64,000 nucleotides of DNA from Chrysomallon squamiferum (GCA_012295275.1 CM022679.1:2232001-2296000); one strand, 5' to 3'; counted from the stretch's first letter, positions 1 to 61,213 are shown. The notes: a model not told the origin generated them from the letters alone. Numbers and translations are program-made.

Positions 1-6962
<6,962 letters not shown>

Positions 6963-7460
6963 ATTGGCACGTCATTAAACTATTTTCTACATATTCTTTT
7001 TAAATGTAATAAATAAAAAAAAAAAAAATAAAAAATAAAAATAAAATAATAATAGCAAAAAGATAACGATGAGGATGATGATAAAAAAAAAAAAAAAAAA
7101 AAATTAGAAACCCATTGTTATTTCAAGTAAATATTATTGCTTATAGTTATAAAATGTACTTAACAGCAAACTACTGTCATATATTTGTGCATGTATAAAA
7201 CCGACAATAATTAGCATACATCATTTACTACTTTATAAACAATCTTATTTTCATTTATTTTCATTGAACGGTTAGTGTTAAGTCTTTAGACCTTCATTAT
7301 GCTGAATTTATGGTAATGCTTAATGAATTAAAAACAAAACATTATGTAAAAGAGCAATACAGATAAGACAGCTGATTATAATATTAAAGATGATTAATAA
7401 ATTAATATTTTGAACAGATTATTAATTCACTGTTTTTACTTTTTTTCATTTTTATATTTT

Positions 7461-7505
<45 letters not shown>

Positions 7506-7700
7506 GTTGTTGTTGTTGTTGTTGTTGTTTGCTGCTACTGCTGTTGTTGTTGATGCTGTTATTTTGTAAATCATTCCCTGTATCAGAATTATTCAAAACT
7601 ATTTTGTTAGAAATTATTATTTAGATTTTTCTGGAAATCTCGATAACACGTGACAAGATCGCGAGACTACGTCAAATTTCGTTAATTTTGTTATCACACC
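6963..7700. promoter_or_regulatory. Divergent (bidirectional) promoter region between RINT1 and UBC9
   Basis: RINT1 ATG at 6962 (-); probable UBC9 non-coding first exon ends at donor GAG|GTAAAA (7764). Motifs: TGACGTGCCA (-, 6965-6974), and a CpG cluster at about 7637-7675 with E-box CACGTG and TCGCGAGA followed by ACTAC. Confidence 0.6.
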
Positions 7701-8378
7701 TTAGTTAATATTTCTGACTTTTCAAGTGTTACTGATTTAATATCTTCTTCGTTTTGTTATTGAGGTAAAACATGTTTGTTTTTGTAATAATGTACAGTTC
7801 ATTTATGATTAACATTTGATATTATAAAATTGTCTAAAAATAATAGTTTTTATTAATTAAAAGTACTGGGTTTTCCATTCGTCGCCATGTTGTTATTTCG
7901 AAAAAATATTCACATTGGTTTGTTGTGACTGAAGACAGTCCAATCAGTTGTATGCGTGAATATTTAAGTAGAATTTTCTATCAGGCTGATGTCAAGTAAT
8001 TATACTTAGCCATTTGTAAATTGCTCAGTGATGGTTAATATAATTATAGATGTGTTGGTCGAATGTTACATTTATAAATTATAATTATTATTATGTGGAT
8101 AAAGTTCATAAACGAAACGAAAAATGATTAGATCAATTCAACAAATAGTGAATACAAAGATTACAAAATTCCATTAATTTGGTTTTACTACATTTATGAA
8201 AAATTAAAGTATGAAAACATTTTGCTTAGTGATATTTTAAATCGTTTTTGATTTGCCTCTTTTGTATAGTTTTAAACTATTCATTTTCACTAACAAAATT
8301 ATTTGCAGATCGTTGTTGTAACATTCAGAATTTTTCTGACAAATAATTATATGCTTTTGGATTTCGTGTAGTTCAACA

Positions 8379-10651
<2,273 letters not shown>

Positions 10652-12294
10652 TGTCATCCTTCTAACAGAACTGTTTACATTTAATTAATGACTCTCATCA
10701 CATCACTTACAGAATTTGGACAGCAAGGGAAAATAAATTCAACATTTTAGACGTGCAACAAACTAAAAAAAACTTAACACCGATTGGAAAATATTTTTTA
10801 AACAATAGAACCTTTCATTATTCTTATACCCCATTTTGTAAATAACACACATCACTTAGTTTTAATTTCATTCTGCTCCATAAATAAACTGTCGAGATAT
10901 TCTTGAATAAATGATATAATGGGAAATATAATTAACATTTTCCCAATAAAATTTATTCAGACTTTATTTTTAAAATTATCTTTGTTCTGTGGCTGTCATA
11001 CAGGTTAGTGGAATTTTGTAAGTATACTTGTAAAGCCTCTTTAGTTGAAAGTCTGTGAAATATTATCTTCAGTTTTCTTGTTGGAAATTTACTGTTATGG
11101 GCCCATGATTTCATTTATGGAAACAAACAACTGGAAATTTGAAATCATTGGCATTCTACTAGTCAGAATATTTTGTTTTCATCAGCTTGAATCTACTTTC
11201 TGTTTATACTGTGGGATAAAACTTTCATTTAAAAACATAACTTGTATATATACTTCTCATTTGTGTACAAAAGGTTAAACAAAACAAAAAAATTTACATG
11301 GGTGCCAAACTTGAGCACATGACAGTTAAATGGGTGAGAAAAGTCAACACACTGCAGTTGATGGCCACAGTTTAATGTTGGAATATACTGTTTTTAATAT
11401 CTGCTGTATTTTGTGCTGTTTGTTACATCTATAAATGATTTCAATGCTGATATCAAGCCAAGTGTCTCACCATCTAACTGCATCTCTCCTGATTGTGTTT
11501 TGTCATCTTTCATTAATACACGTAGCTAATAAACATAAATGTACAATAATTGTAATAGTTTGTTATTTGTTAAGAATGTGTAATAGACAATAAAACATTT
11601 TTATAATTTGGTTTCACATTCCTGGTTATTGGAATTTCAGATTCAAAGGTGTAACAGGATGACAAAAAAAAAGAAAAAAGAATGAATGCAAGAACATAAC
11701 AGCTATTGGATGTCAAACATGGGTAAAATACAACAAAATGGAATTATTCTTGATAATGTCAACTTTTAATGAGACAAATATATGCAGCTTGAAAAATTGT
11801 GTGTATGTACATATAAAATAATAAAAAGTAATGGCAAAAAACATGAAAACTCAGACATGATAAATTGTTCAGTAATTGTTTAATTGTAAAATTTATATTT
11901 ACAATAGTGTACGAGACCCAGTCTCAAAATGTACAAAATAAAATCGGATAAACATGATGAGACAATTCTGTTACTTTCAGTTAAAAAACTGGAAGACCAT
12001 TTAATTTGCTTTCTTTATGAATAGAATAATCATCCAAAATTTCATTTATATAGAGAATATTATTATTTACACTGTTTTTATATACAAATAATATTAAGAA
12101 AAATGTGCTAAATGTATGTGAGATGATGTAAACATATATCTGTATTTAAAAATAAATCTAGACATGTTACTGCTGCTCAAGATGTAAAGGAAAATGGCAG
12201 TGAACATGATGTTAGTGTCATTGTTTACTATTGACAAAACATTGACATGTTATTAAACAGAACATATTTGATGGTGCACAATATAGAATTACAG

Positions 12295-20395
<8,101 letters not shown>

Positions 20396-20862
20396 GGCCG
20401 CGTTTTGCGACAATCTACAATCAGGTATTAGTGTTCGGAAATGTTCGGCTAGTATCGGAAATACGGGGCCATTTCAAACAATATATAAGTGATTTCTGTA
20501 ATATGCAACGTTTCGTAAGAGACATGTAGACTTACCAAATAAAATAAACAATAGATAACAGACAGAGGAAAGAAGGGAAATAGAAAATTTAAATCACTCT
20601 TTTAAGCTTACTTCCAACTACTGTAAGTTCAAGAATATGATCTGTCCAGTCTAGTCAGTATTATGAAGCTTTAGCAAATTTATACCTCCTTATGTAATTG
20701 GTTCATGGTACCTCAGACGTTAAGTGCTACATTTATATATTTAAATGACCACTGTTTTTCAGTTAATGTCAAATGGGTCACATATAAACTACATGCATAA
20801 TTATAATGTACATCAATTTTAATGAGATTGAAGAAAATATAAAATGTATTTATTTTAAGTAA

Positions 20863-20906
<44 letters not shown>

Positions 20907-21027
20907 CTTTCATGATTAAAAATCGTTTCATGCAATTATGAACAAATAATGCTTTTGAACAAACCCCTGGATTCAAAACGGCCATCACTGCGCAGGTCAG
21001 ACTAAGCAGAGCAAATCCGCTTTCAAG
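20396..21027. promoter_or_regulatory. Divergent promoter region between E4F1-like and RING1/RNF2 (632 bp between start codons)
   Basis: ATGs at 20395 (-) and 21028 (+). Repeated TCGGAAAT (ETS-like CGGAA core) at about 20435-20462; CAAGATGGCG (YY1-like) overlaps the RING1 start codon. Confidence 0.6.
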
Positions 21028-23001
21028 ATGGCGAACGAAGTAGCTCACGCACCGAACAAAACATGGGAACTAAGCTTATACGAGCTGCACAGAACTCCAC
21101 AAGAAGCAATTACAGACAATACGGAGATTGCAGTTTCACCGAGAAGTCTGCACAGCGAACTGATGTGTCCAATATGTCTGGATATGCTAAAGAACACAAT
21201 GACCACCAAAGAGTGTTTACATCGCTTCTGTCAAGACTGCATCATCACAGCTCTTCGAAGTGGAAACAAGGAATGCCCTACTTGTCGTAAAAAGTTAGTA
21301 TCCAAGAGATCTCTGAGGCCTGATCCAAACTTTGACGCCTTAATTTCCAAAATATATCCCAGCAGAGATGAGTACGAAGCCCATCAAGAAAGAGTTCTTG
21401 CAAAGTTGAATAAACATCACAGCACAGCTGCCCTAACCCATAGTATTGAAGAAGGATTAAGATTGCAGGCATTAAATCGAGCTCAGAGAGTTCGTAAACA
21501 TGTTTCAGAAGGTGACCTAAGCAGGTCATTGCTGATGCCCCCAATGGACGGCGTCGTGTCGGGTGGCACAACATCGACAGATACAACACCAAGGAAAAAA
21601 TTAAAGCCATATTCAGACATTGATGAATCTAGCTGTGACAATTCGATTGCTGGAGAACCTCTAATTAATGACTTTGGTGAGGCTGCAAGCAATGTCAGCA
21701 CAAGCAATTTGTCCAATATTAGCAATGATGTGTCTGAAGATCACTTCGCACAAGTTGAACAGCAGCCAAGTCCAGATGCCCCAGTAGCTGCAGAACAACA
21801 GCGTGTGCCAGTCATTGAAAGGACTGTTCCTGACATTGAGCTTGTCTTCAAACCACACCCACAAGAAGGTGACAGTGATGGGGAGGAAGCTCGTTACATT
21901 AAAACTACTGCTAATGCTACAGGTACTAAGGAAATAATAAGTTAGATATTAATTAAATGCAAATGTATTTGTTTTTTAATTCAGGATTAATTTTGAAACA
22001 GAAACCTAAAGAAAGTAATAATAATTTTTATAGAAAGTTTGCATCAAACAATACAATATTGTTGGCAATTATTGCACCTGAATGCTTGATACTTTATGGC
22101 AATGACTTTCTCACAGAAACCAAAATTCAAACAATTCAATAGTGCACATAATTGCATTAAATATTTAACAGTATAGCTATAAACTTTGTTTATATATTAA
22201 TATCCAATTCATGATTCATAATTTGAATATTTTCAATTTCTAGTTGATCATTTATCCAAGTACCTTGCTATTCGACTCTCTCTGGAGATGAACAATTCTG
22301 ACAAAGGTAAGAATGAATCAGCAGAATTGAAAGCTGCTGCTGCAGTCACATCTGGCTGAGTAATACAGATATAAGCAAAATCCCTGAATTGAATGGAATA
22401 CAGATACTACAAATAGATTGTTAAAAATGTTTAGGGCAAATTAAATGAAGTGGTTGTAACAGTCACATACTGTTTGCTCATATCATTATATGATGTGCAC
22501 GTTTTTGAAAAATTCCAGTATATCTTTTTGCATAATTTCTTTGATATAATACAGTTAAAAAAAAAGAAGCTATATTTTTTCTGAATATTCATTTAAATCA
22601 TTATTAATATGCAAAGGTTTATTACTAGCAAAGGTATGTCAGAGAAACAAACCACTCATTTCAACATCAAAGACTTCAAACGTGTGTGTCAACTTTAAAC
22701 ATCTTTAGCAAGAAGCAGATTTCATTTTTAAAATAAAGCAGTTAATATGAACAAAATGTATAATTTGTTTTATTTAGCCACTAATGTTTTTATTTGTTTT
22801 GATTTTAACTGTGCAGCCACGAATGGATCCGGAGATCAGAGTGTGTATGCAATCTACATTGCAACAGCTCCCGGCAGCTACGTGGCTCTCAACGGTGACA
22901 TGACACTGGAAGAGGTGAACGAGAGATACTGGAAGATCAACCGACCACTCGAGATGTTTTACCTACAGGTGAAACCAGGTGAAACAGCTCCACAGAAATA
23001 A
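21028..23001 (+). CDS. RNF2: E3 ubiquitin ligase RING1/RING2 (Polycomb PRC1 catalytic subunit, Sce orthologue), 380 aa, complete
   Basis: Exons 21028-21922, 22244-22306, 22817-23001 (1143 nt). N-terminus [95 protein letters not shown] (C3HC4 RING); C-terminal RAWUL domain [43 protein letters not shown]. Confidence 0.96.
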
Positions 23002-26000
23002 ACTTCTATTTCACTATTTTTGTAACCTCTGGATGTCAGACTGCCACGGATCAGTAGTAGTGCCTTTGTGGCCTTTTGCTATTGCTGTGGCATGAATTCA
23101 TTGCTGCAAACATTTCACTGTGTTTTCTTTTTTTCATCTTTCAACTTCTCTGTGTCAAAACTGTCATCACCAAAGTCTGGGCATCATAATCATTTCATTG
23201 TATTTTTATATATTATTACTTAACATTCTATCATGGTTGAATAGCAGGGCCATAATTTGTCACTGATACTGTATTGCTCGACCCCAGTAAACAGATGTAT
23301 GTATTTCAAATCATCACATGACCAGAAGTAAGCTAAAGTACATCTGAAACATTTCACAGTCTTTTTCCATTTTCAATCATCTGTCTCTTACTGCAAAATG
23401 GCGAGGTCATACAGTGACCACTTTGTTTCCTAGAAAATATCTCACTGTCTTTTTATATTTCCAGTCTTCTGAATGGCAAAACAACACCTCTGTGTCTGAC
23501 TTTTGTTGTTTAAGTGGTTTTGAAACTCTATCATTTCATTTTAATGTTTTTCTGTACAGTGTAAACACTGGTACATGACTAGACTGTATTTCACAACAAA
23601 TTCATCTGTATTTATAAAGACCTGAACTCATATGAAGTACTTTACTATGAACTTGAATAAATACAGTGTTTCTGCCAGAGTTCTGATAGCTTTGATCTGT
23701 AAATTTATTTTGTGCTAACTATATTTATACTGTACATACAAATAAGAGATTTTAATTTTTAGACATTTGTTCTCTCATTTTTATTGTTAATCGTAAATTA
23801 AACTAAGCAAGTAATAACTATAATACATTCATAGCAGGCTTTAATTGAAGTAGATTTGCTATTTATTTTACCATACAGCTTATAATTTCAGTTGTCACAT
23901 TTTTTATATGATCAAGTATTGTTTGAATTTTGATGTTGCAAAATATAATTGTTTTTTTTTTCTTTTTTTTTTACTGAAATGAAAATTATTTTTGAATGTT
24001 CATTGATGTTAGAAAATAAATATGTTTAAATGTTTTCATCATGTTTAAAATTTGTACATTATAAAAATTAGGACAGATTTAAGATTTTTATTAAGGGTGG
24101 ATAGATAGATGATAATTAAACGTGTGTGTGTGTTCTATGTATGTATGCATATGAATTATAAAGAAAGTTGTTAATTGTGCATTCTTGTATGCACATTAAT
24201 ATATCTGAAACAGACTCCTAGAGTCTCCCAGGATCTTTGCCCTATACATGTCATGATTTCAGAATTGTTTATGAACTTTGTAGTTGAAGCTTCAAGCAAC
24301 TGACTTGTTTTTGTTTTGTGCTAAAAATGATACATTTTTTGTGCAGAAGACAATTTTATTTGTTTTCAGTGTTAAATGTATGTGTGTGTGTATGTGTATA
24401 CTGACAGACATGTCTATATTAGAAGCGTTGATATATATGTATAAACACATTTTGTTTCAGTATGAAGGTAAACGGAAATGGACAGCTAATTTGTGTTGAA
24501 TTGGGTTCCAGAATTAATTAACAAATTTCAGTATTTTAGGCATATACTAGAATGCATTAAAAGAAGAGGAAACGGGAAATAATAACAAAAAAGCTACATA
24601 AAACAAACAATTAATTGGAAGTATTTACAAAAAAAAATAGAGTCTGAAATAAAAATAATTGCAACAATAGTTTGATAATAAAATAAAAAATACGTTAACT
24701 GCAGATTAAATTTATAAAAGAGAATAACATGAAATAGCAATAATACAATATTAGTCAGACACATAATAATAATAGTAACAAGAAGAAGCAGAAGAAAGTG
24801 CAGTGGTGTTGTTAAACAAACATACATACAAACAAAACAAATGTTTTTAAACACTTCATTTTATTTTCCTTGAACGACATCCAGTAGTCAGTTTTATTTT
24901 TACGTTGGGGTATCATTAAACAAATACGCAAATAAAAAGAAATATTACCAACAGATTAAATTTCTGAAAGTGTGCAACTTGAATTTGTAGAGATTGCTTT
25001 TATACTTGCATAACATTGCACTTCAAAAGTAATAGCTGTATTGAGTAAAAGCAAATACTTCACTTCTTCTTCAAAATGTTAAGATGCCCACTCACAGCTG
25101 TTAATATTTCTTTGTCATGTGTGACTTTTTAAAATTATTATTATGTGTTAATACTTACTGTTGTCTGTTACTTTTCCTTTAATTAGCAATTACATTTTGT
25201 AATTTTTCATTTGTTTTGAATGTTAATTAGATTTATTTTATGAATTTTATTTAAATATTTATATTTTTTCTTTTGTTGCAATGTTGACAATTAAAAAAAA
25301 AAAATTGTAATTACAATTAAAAGTAGGGGAATTGTGGTTTAAAAAAAAAAAAAAATTATCACTTGTTGCAATGTAAATAATTATATATTTTGGTTTTACA
25401 TTTAGAAGATTTTTTCTCCTATTACAAATGTTAACTTGATTTTTTTTTTCTGTATATTAAGACAGTTGATGAGCATTTACATTTTGGATGATGTATTACT
25501 GATTTTTGTTAATTTTCACAGTTATTGTTGTAAAGACACCAATGAATAGCAAGTTAAACAGTAGTCATTTGATTATTAAGAAAGTTAATAAAAAAAAATA
25601 AACTCAACAAAATTTAAAATACAAATACAGAAATTTTCATTAATATTTGCACAACTAAGTTAGTTCTTTTCTTTTTCTAAATATGAAATTAGATTACGCT
25701 ATTGCTTACTAGCATATAATTTAATCCAAATTCATGAATTTAAAAAAACACACATCCAGTGGCAAAATCATTTCATACAACTTCACTTACATGCAAGCAC
25801 AACGTAATATAAACCACATTTTCTGCATCAGTACCCAATCAGATTATTGTTGTACAAGTTCTAAACTACCTTTTCAATATTCTTATGTTTTGAAAACAAA
25901 TACAACCCAAACAATTTTGGATTAGGGATAATCAGTTTGTATTCTATAGAGAGAAAAAAACAAGTGAAGTGTGTTAGCAGCAGTTTTTGTTGTATTTGAG

Positions 26001-26248
26001 TTGGATGAACTTTCTAGTGCAACGTCAGCAAAGTGCTGACTTCAAGTTGAATATATAGTTCCTTTATGCGTTCTAAGAGCTCTCGTCATATCATATATTA
26101 GTACATACTAGTATATTGATCATGTTTATCACTATAGCTGGCATCATTATAATGTAAATACATATATCTACATGACAGTTTTTGTTCTCGTTTATTATTA
26201 TTGTTATTTATAATTTATGTATCTATTATTTTATTATTATTTTAAGTA

Positions 26249-26425
26249 CAATGAAACTTTTCAAAACCAAACAGTGTCTGGATCAAATAAAAAGTTCAGT
26301 TTGGAGAGGTGTTTGGTTTACTGAGGTTTTATATATTAATCCTTAATAAACTATGGAACTGTGGCAGCCGTTCTGTCTGGGTGAATTCCGGTTTAGTGAT
26401 GGTCTGGCACTGAATGGTTTGTCTG
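26249..26425. mobile_element. Degenerate pogo/Tigger-like MITE remnant
   Basis: TA-CAATGAAAC start, internal inverted match AAACCAAACA/TGTTTGGTTT, repeated CCGGTTTAG / GGTTT sub-terminal motifs and ..GTCTG end; resembles TA-CAGT..ACTG-TA MITEs. Recognition by pattern only. Confidence 0.4.
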
Positions 26426-26638
26426 TGGTGATTGATATTGTCTTTGTTGTACATACAGGGCGACCATAAAGTTGTCTTGATTTAAAAAATTTGTTGCACA
26501 AAAATATGCAGTTAGCAAACAGATACGCTGACAATTCACAAATACATTAATAACAATAAAACAACCCAACAAAAAATAACAAAAGAACACCACCTCAACT
26601 TCTTGAATTTCGTTAAACATATATATATACACATATTT

Positions 26639-26675
26639 GTGCTGGGGTGTCGTTAAACATTCAATCATTCATTCA
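26639..26675 (+). repeat. Dispersed SINE-tail-like motif GGTGTCGTTAAAC(ATTC)n
   Basis: Related copies at about 24801-24820, 24903-24925, 38722-38746 (reverse strand) and 60989-61009; a shared core followed by short simple repeats suggests 3' ends of a SINE family. Confidence 0.4.
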
Positions 26676-27443
26676 CATATATATATGTATATATATATAA
26701 AGAAATGAAAAATAAAGTACCCCATATTATTTGTGACTTGCTTATCTTTCGTGTAATAAATATCTAAAATCAGGGAAAGACGTTTCACTCGCCGTGTATA
26801 ATTGCTTTGTATACGTTACGAGTAAAATATTCATTAATTCATTCAGTTAATAAATTAAATAACAAGCTGGAACAGACTCTTCAGAGATTGCTGCATCCGT
26901 TCCAGGACTGACAGTTAGCGGGATCGGTTCTGTTCAGTGCCCTCACTGGACCATTTCCCGATTGAACCAAATTATCTAGTAGATTTGTTATAACGACCTT
27001 CAGACGTAGAAACTATTCACTTATGTTTTAGTTTTTCTGCAATTTTCAAGGTGACAATATGAATTATATAAAAATACTGTCTTATTAAGTGTATGGAATA
27101 TAATAATAATAATAATAATAATGATGATGATGATGATGATGATAATAAATATAATAATAATAATAGGCCACATATACTATGCAAGTAGGAAAATAAAGAC
27201 GATAAACAAATAAATAAATCCTGTATTGTAAACAGTGCACAGGAATGTGGGTTGTTTTTATTCAAAATATGTATTTGAATAACCAAAATGGTTGGGGTTA
27301 AAACAACAGATCCCTGACAAACCTTAGTAAACTGTTACACTGCTGTTGTTATTTGTCTTCGTTGACATTTACAGTTTGCTTACCCGTGCATTTATTTCTG
27401 AATAATAATAATAGTAATAATAGTAACAATAGTAATAATAATA

Positions 27444-27487
<44 letters not shown>

Positions 27488-28346
27488 GAAGAAAATGAAT
27501 GCAAAAATATTATAATCATTTATTTCCGATAAGCCTCGATAAATCCTTTATTACCAAAAAAAAAAAAAAAAAAAAAAAACAACAATAATAATAATTAAAT
27601 AAATAAATAAATAAATAAATTTAAAAAAAAGAAGAGAATCTGTGTAACATGCTTACTTGTTTCACAATAATATTTTAATTTTATTCTTGCCACACTGAGT
27701 TTATAGATAAAAATAAATAAAAATAAAAAATAAAAATACACCAGTTTACATACTTTTACATAAACACAGAAACCCGATAACTGTTTTACATGAACTTTTG
27801 AATAAGACGGTTTTAGTTAATAGAGACATTATCCTTTCTACAATGCAAGCACTAACCTGCTTTGACAATGCAACGTATCCAGTCACATCCTATAATAATT
27901 ATATCAAAGACAATGTAATACGTTTTCGTGGAACTGTGCACATAAAAATTTAATATCCTTTGATACACGTGATCATTATACTAAGTTGATAGATGTCATC
28001 TTTCATACTTCATTATCATATAAATTGTACATTCAGTGACATTTAATATTAGTATAAACATGAACTGAGCTATCATTAGCTTCTTATAAATCTGTTTCAC
28101 CAAAAAATTATTCAGTTCTGCGGGTTTGTAGGAGACACAGAAATATTTTGAAACAGCAGATAAAGGACTATTTTATTCATAAGCTGATTAAGCTGAAACT
28201 TAGGACCCGACACTTTTTTCCTTTCTTAGACATTCTTAGCTGTTGTTGTGATGTGAAAGACTGAAATGGCGGAGGGTGCACCGAAACAGCAGAAAACCTG
28301 GCTACCTGGCCATTGGTTAAAGTCTCTCTCTATATATAGATTTAAG

Positions 28347-28403
<57 letters not shown>

Positions 28404-28730
28404 TTAATATTAATATTAAAATATTAAAAAATTAAAAATTAAGTTCCAATTATTTAAAGTTAGTTGTATATGCAAGAGCATGGTTCACATTATATGGTTT
28501 GTGATCAGTTTTTTTTTCTTCTAAAAAATTAAACTAAACCATACAAGCAAACAAACAAACAAAAAAACAATATAGAAGAAAAAAATCCCCATAACAACAA
28601 AAATAACATACATAAACAAACAAAACATAAATAAAAACAACAACCCCGCCACACCCCTGACAAAGCAAACAAAAAATTAATCAAATAAATAAATTTAAAA
28701 ATAAATAACAACAACAACAGCAGCAACAAC

Positions 28731-28761
<31 letters not shown>

Positions 28762-29914
28762 GAAAGAAAATGGAGTGGAAATATGTTCCAAGGATGATTT
28801 GACTATCACGAACGTAATTATGTTTTATAACATTTTGTATTATCCTGAATTACACCGTGAATTACACAGGTGAAAATAAGTATCAAAGTTATGTAAGTTT
28901 ATTATCAAAGTTCTCACTTGAGCTGTTGATCCAGAATTTTCACACGGGATAGTGTTACGCTGATAATCCGCTTGAAAGTGTGGCATTCAGAATCTATGCT
29001 GAACCTCATCTGCAAAATTAGCGAGACTGTATTTTTTATCTTTTTTAAATGTATAACTGAAAATTACATATTTAAAAATTTACAGCCTTATCTGTTTATG
29101 CCTGTATATTTATTTTATCTGTCTGTCTGTCTATCTATCTGTCTGTCGATCTATCTTTTATTTATTTATTTGATACGGATGGAACACAAATTATTCATTA
29201 TCTATATTTTTTTCCACTCGTTAACCCCTTTGTAACATTTTTGTTAATTTAACCTCATCATGCATGTACAACATCGCTACATTAATCAAACGTAGGACAA
29301 TGCTACTGTGATTCGGTTCGGTTACACACACAATGCAGCCGCCGAGCCATGCACAATGCAGAGGTGTATTAAACAATTACAGGTCGTGTATCAGGTTTGG
29401 GTAAAAATAGTGGGACGGGCTTTGGTCGTTTAGATGTATAACTAAACAAAATGATACCGCAGGGATGGGTACTGGAATTTAAGGCATATACTACTGGGTG
29501 TTTTTTTTTTTTTTTTTGGGGGGGTTGTTACAACATTTGCATATAATCTTGTATTATTTTCTTTCGTACCCCACGCCTCAGTGCTTCCCTGAATAGTTCA
29601 TCGTTATTTAAGAATGGTTAGGTTCTCGCTTGGTTGAAGACTGAATGTGGACACATCTCAGTTTTGTTTTACTGCTGAAAAGAACTGATTTACAAGGACA
29701 CGGAGTTCGTCTTTTGTGTCAGTTGTATCTTTTTTATTTTGTTTTTTAGTGTTATTTTTTTTTTAGTTTTTGTTATTGGTGGACATTCAGTGAGTACAGT
29801 GTAGACTGAATCAAGATTAAGGGATAATCCCCCGGGATTTGTGTATTTCACCGAAATATGTTTAATACACACAGAGATTTGCATGTCTTGACGTTTGGCA
29901 GGCTGAAGACAGGT

Positions 29915-30625
29915 TGTGCGAACAAACTTGACGAACAGACTGGAAATAAGTAATGACAGTTCACAGCTTATAGCATTCTACGAGTTATAACAAGTGTGAA
30001 CTGACTGAACTTTTTTTTTTATCAAGAAACAACTTTACAGCAGTCAGGAAAGTCTATGACATCTCTGAACTAACTTTATAGAAATCATGAAACAATTGTG
30101 AACTGACTTAACTTTCAAACAGCCAGGAAAGTCTGTGATATCTGTGAACTAACTTTATACGAATCAAGAAACAGTACATAAGAACTATAAATTGACTTGA
30201 TTTGGAAATATCCATGGCATGAGCTATACAAATAAACTGATAAAATTATACGTCTAGAAATGAGCAATGTCTACTGTGAACGGACATAATGTGTGTACAA
30301 GTCTGAAAATCATAACTACCTTGAACTGACAAAATTATATAAGTTTGGAAATAAGCAACAACTACTGAATGATTCGAAAGATGACAGTCTGGAAAAAACC
30401 CTATATGTAATCAAAATTTTCTGAAACAAATTTTGTCAAATATAAATTTACTAATTTATAGCTAATGGACATAAATGTTAACTTATTTAAAATATAGCTA
30501 TTTGGAAATAAACTATGCAAAGTGTGAACTGAAAGTTAAGTTATTTGAACTTAATCTGTGTGAACTCTCTTAACGTCGAGCAATTTGGAAATAAACTATG
30601 ACAGCTTGTGACAAACTTGACGAGG
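29915..30625. repeat. Degenerate tandem or satellite-like repeat region
   Basis: Recurrent TGTGAACTGAC / AACTAACTTTATA / TGGAAATAA / CAGGAAAGTCT motifs at roughly 35-75 bp spacing; AAACTTGACGA near both ends. Confidence 0.5.
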
Positions 30626-31503
30626 CAAGTATGAATATTCTTCTGTGGTTTCATTTATTTATCAAGTTACCTCACATCGTGCAGACTCAACACCCAAATC
30701 TTCTACATCATTTTGTCCGTTAATGTGTCCCTAGCAAACGCATTTCAACCGTCATTCGATGTATGCTTGTATAAAAATTATTGATTCCTTGAATTGCACC
30801 GAAATACTATCCTGTTTGCTATATTAACAAGTTTTAAATTTCAAGTGTTTGATCCACAATTATATTTATGTTTAGCAAATTTTATTTTTGTGCGTTTTTA
30901 TTGAAGTTTTGGCAAGATAGAAACATCAGACTTTTGTTAATAATTATGTATATATTATATTTATTAACTTTTGATTCATTCACCTTAGTAAGGTGTATAG
31001 TGTGCCTCTCTGTGACTGTCACTTACGTATATGTACGAAACTAAAGCATATGGTTTTATTGTCTCTGTTTTCAATTTAACCAATCAGAATTCCGATATAA
31101 CTCACGAGAACTGAGAATGCGCGGTCTTTTTTTTTTTTTTTTTTTATAGACTCGCCAATAGTTCAGGAAACATTACGTCTTTCGCATGAATATATGCAGA
31201 ATTGATTGCAACAAAAGAAAGTGGAGTATAATTAACGCGCGTTAGTGATTCACAGCAATCAAGAGATCCCTGGTAATTCTGTGTTTGGACTTTTCGGCTT
31301 AGTCGTTTCGAGTGAGAAGTGCAGGTACTCACTGGGCTACTTCTAATAGTGTTCCGAGACGTCGCGAACAAAAGCTCTCTGTTAACAAACAAAAAAATAT
31401 ATAAACACATGAAATAAAGAAATATGTATTTATTTACTTGGCTGACAATATTAATTCCTAATCCGGGTGTTCAGGTCAGATATAGTTCAAAGTCATTTTT
31501 ATA

Positions 31504-31506
<3 letters not shown>

Positions 31507-31589
<83 letters not shown>
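31507..31589. repeat. (CT)n microsatellite
   Basis: Directly visible. Confidence 0.95.
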
Positions 31590-31591
<2 letters not shown>

Positions 31592-32722
31592 ACACCCCCA
31601 AAAAAAAAAAAAAAAAAAAAAAAACCCCAATCAATTTAGAAACAAAAGAAAAAAGTTACCTTTAAAAATGACAAAAATCTGTTTCTTTTAACACTTACAT
31701 ATAACCGAAGTACCGAAGTATGGCTCATTTTTTGTTTTATCAAAATAAGTCTACGATACAGAAATATCGTAGGTAATTTTAGTTCAGGGTTGCGTATTTT
31801 CCAATTCTTTTGCCATCAGACATTTTTCTTTAAAACGAAACTCACTTTATCTTAAAATTATATCCAGAGCCACTCTGTCACCCTCCCCACCAAGCCTTTT
31901 CTCCAGTCCTGGATCCGCCCCTGAACTTTTGTTTACTTGAGATATTAAGAGAATAGTATTCTGAAAACAGGCAGTCGTAAAGGAGATACATAAAGTATTT
32001 AATTTTCGCAATAGAAGTTGCACCGTTAAATGTTTTCCACCGTATTAATAACATCCATGCTTGAATACATGTTGTCATAACTGTAAACGTGTAGCTACAC
32101 GACTGGGTATACACAATGAAAACGTTGTCTAAAACGACCACATTTAAATAACTGAGAAGTGTTAACTTACAGTCGAGTCTAGGTCGTTTATAATCATTAG
32201 CGTTTGTGTCTGAATAATGTAACCTTAATTTTTAGTGTATTATCCTGTCTGTAGTCTTGTATTCATAACTGTTTTTGTATGTATGTATGTGTGTATATAT
32301 ATATCTATATGTGTGTAATGCATGTATTTGCACATGTATGTTTGTAATGTATGTATGTATATATATATATGACTGAATGTAATGTGTGTGTATATGTGTA
32401 TATATATTAATATTCATTTATGTATGCATACATGTCAGCCTCTATGTAATAAATGTACGTGCCAGTGAATACACACACATATCTGTATATGTATCAAACC
32501 ATCCATCCATGTATGTTCTTTAACTAATTTATCTATCAATCTTATATATCCATCTAATTTATATTTTTATCCACACGTGTGTGTGTGTGTGTGTAATTTT
32601 TAATATGTGTTCCTTACTCCTAAAAATCAAAAATTTCATGCCTGTGTCAACAGTTAATATTAAAATACGTTGAAGTGCCTTTGTAAAAATATTCATACTT
32701 TTTTTCTTAATTTTCTTTTCAG

Positions 32723-61213
<28,491 letters not shown>

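Noticed and set aside
21063-21864. Alternative-frame and antisense ORFs overlapping RING1 exon 1
   Set aside because: Shadows of a real coding exon; no motifs or splice support.
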